DNA of 62,980 bases, the filler included, from Welwitschia mirabilis (Eukaryota): NCBI GenBank assembly GCA_051453625.1. It is 6 parts of one record of this genome, joined end to end, with 100 filler letters (N's around TTAATTAATTAA, not from the genome) between each part and the next. Parts side by side here need not be neighbours in the genome. Positions count along the whole stretch, not along the records: positions 59,000 to 62,980 come from JBOZIK010000001.1; 5 more parts are not named here. The stretch is one strand, 5' to 3'. Position 1 is the first letter of the stretch, and every line of letters begins with the position of its first letter. The notes beneath the pieces were generated by a model, which searched no databases, was not told where the DNA came from, and was given only the letters and a program-made list of their open reading frames with translations. Made by a program: the position numbers and the translations under genes. This document shows positions 60,451-62,980 of this stretch, in pieces.

Positions 60451-62980
60451 TAATGTTATTGATAGTAACACTTAATAGTTCCTGATGAGTAATAACATAG
60501 GATCTAAACAAGGCCTTGGGCCATGGGACTTGGACTTAACCACTTATTTGGCAATAATAAAAAGGAAGATCCATTGCATAAGTTAGTATTTCTAGTGAAT
60601 AGGCTTGATTATGTTTTTGTTTATCCACTCAAGGACTTTGTTTTAGAATCCAAGAATAATAAGCGTTTTGAATTTATTTCTCTTCCTTTGATGAGCAATG
60701 ACTTGGGATTCTCAGTTGATGTCTTCTGTGTAGACCAGGAGGACTCAAGCAAGGGTCCTCTTTCTAGTCAAGTCATATAATGTATACGATTTGCGTGATG
60801 ATGTATTATTGGATGAAGGCAAACACCTAAACTGACTTTGGTATACCAATTCTGAAACTGGACTCCAATGATGTGTGTCAAGGTGGAATCGACATCTTCA
60901 TGGATCTACCTCTGATATTTAAGCTAATAATTCAAGCATATTCTACAATAAAGAAATCAAGGCTACCTTGTCTCTAGTAATTTGCAAGGTACAAGACCAG
61001 TATAAGAGTTCCCTTTAGTGTAGCTAAAAATCCATTTCAGTTGCCTTTCTGGTGACTTGCCATGCTTTAGCATGACATCTGGTAGTCTAGAAATATTAAA
61101 CCTCTCCAACAATTCTCTCAGTGGGGGGAATCTCCTCCTCCATTTCTAGTTTAATAAAATTAGCAAAACTTAATTTATCTGAAAACCATGATATGTGACA
61201 ACGATTTAGATGAAGAGTGACTTCTAAATGCAATTTTTGTACTCTTCCTTGGAAATCATATTATCTTTTCTACCACGTTTAATAATAATCTTGCATTTCT
61301 TACCTTTGCATTGTGTCTTGAAGATTTTCTTTCTTTAAGGTGGTGTTATAACTCCAAAACCTTACAAGGCCTAAGAAATTTTATTAAACATTAACTAGAT
61401 TAATATTATTTGGAAAGGCTTGGAATATACATTATTAGCATCATAACACTATCTAATAATTTCTTAAACACCTTTGATAGGACTTAAACTATAAGTTTTT
61501 AAGTGATTAAAATCTTCCTTATTGTTAAGCTATTATTAGGTTTTATAGTAACATAAGCATTAAGGTTCTTTTAAAAGAGTTAAAGATAAGGTAAATTCTT
61601 TCTCTTAAGATTGACTTAAAATCTCCTTCTTAGAGTAACTTAATTTGTGAGATCACTTAGTTAAGGGAATACATCTCTCCAAAACCCATACTTACTACTT
61701 GAAGTTGTATCTTACAACAACATTCATAGAATTAAAAGAGGTGATGATTTCCTATTTTAAATTAAGAGTTACATATCTACCCAACCCACATTCACTACTT
61801 GAAGCGATAGCCTATACCGCATTCATGGACGTGAGGGAGGTGATGATTCCCTATTTTTATCATGACTACATTTTGGTTAGCATTATCTATAACTTAATTT
61901 GATTAACTATATATTAGTATGTTAAAATACACNNNNNNNNNNCTTTTACCCTTTTATTTCAGCTTTCAAAAGTTCAGGCACTTATGAAAGCAGCACTAAA
62001 AAGGCTTAATGGGTTTAATTGAGGTAATATTTCCACTACTTTAATTATTATACAAAATTCTCTTAAAAAGGTAAACCATAACTTTAACATGGACTTAAGA
62101 ATGAATTAGAAGTCTACTACACTTGCATTAAATAGAGTACAATAGTATATTATGTTAAAAATCCATCCCTTTAGAACTACAACACTTACAAATAAAGAGC
62201 ATTTTTATAGCATTAAAAAAAATTCTAGGATTAATTATTTAAGTTGCTTTGAAAACGCCCTGATAGAATAACATTCATTTAATATTAAAAAAGATCTCAA
62301 TAAGGGCCTAAGTTATACTAAAACTAAATACTATTGCTAAAATAAGTTATAGTTATACACCCAATAATTGAAAGAGCTAAAATAAAACTAAATCTACCAT
62401 TTTTAGAGTAATAATCATTGTAGAAATATATACTAATCAAGAAATACATTTTTGTGCTACAAACTCATCATATTGCTAAAGTTTCCATTTTTAATTAGCT
62501 TAAAAGCTAAGCAACCATACTAAATGCTAACAGGATTAAAAATATGACCAAAAAATAGTACAAAAAAGAAAAAAATCAGAACCAAAAGGTTAATTTTTAC
62601 AACCCATTAGCAATACCCTATAGGAAGGGCTAAACTAAAATAATAAGTCTACAAGCCGAAAATCTAAGTCCTAAAGGAAGGACTTTATAGGAAATAAATT
62701 TTAACCCATAAATATCACAATAAAAATCTGTAACACATCTACAAGAAGACAAATCATTAGCACCATTTTTAAATCCTTTTTCACTCTTCTAATGAGCATT
62801 CTAGAAGCTTAGACACTTTTGAAAGATGTTTTAGAAGAATCTCACATGATTAGGAAGGGCTAAATAAATGGCTGCACCTATAAGAAAAACTCAATAGCAC
62901 TAATCTTAATTTTTTTATCTCTTGAATGTCCATTTTGAAAGTTCACAAACTTTCAAAAGTTATCTTAAAGGAGTTGCATG

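Overview
Eukaryotic land-plant nuclear DNA from a gapped draft assembly (13 N gaps, five containing an artificial TTAATTAATTAA spacer). No prokaryotic features, RNA genes or CRISPR arrays were found. One host gene is supported: a minus-strand ARID4-like gene (homolog of Arabidopsis ARID4/At3g43240). Eight GT-AG exons between 28408 and 3648 splice into 493 open codons. Its ARID/PHD exons must lie off the left edge, and its expected N-terminal exons could not be found. The rest is mostly transposon-derived: a Sirevirus-type Ty1/copia complex with an env-like ORF (46.6-55.6 kb), three decayed L1-type LINEs, a gag-only LTR element, a short-LTR element with an unexplained interior nested in a LINE, several solo LTRs with TSDs, a hAT MITE, a tRNA-type SINE head and simple repeats. 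I see no convincing new biological system. The best leads are the apparent loss or replacement of the ARID4 N-terminus, the non-gag-pol short-LTR element, and the gag-only elements. All homology calls come from recalled family motifs, not database searches.
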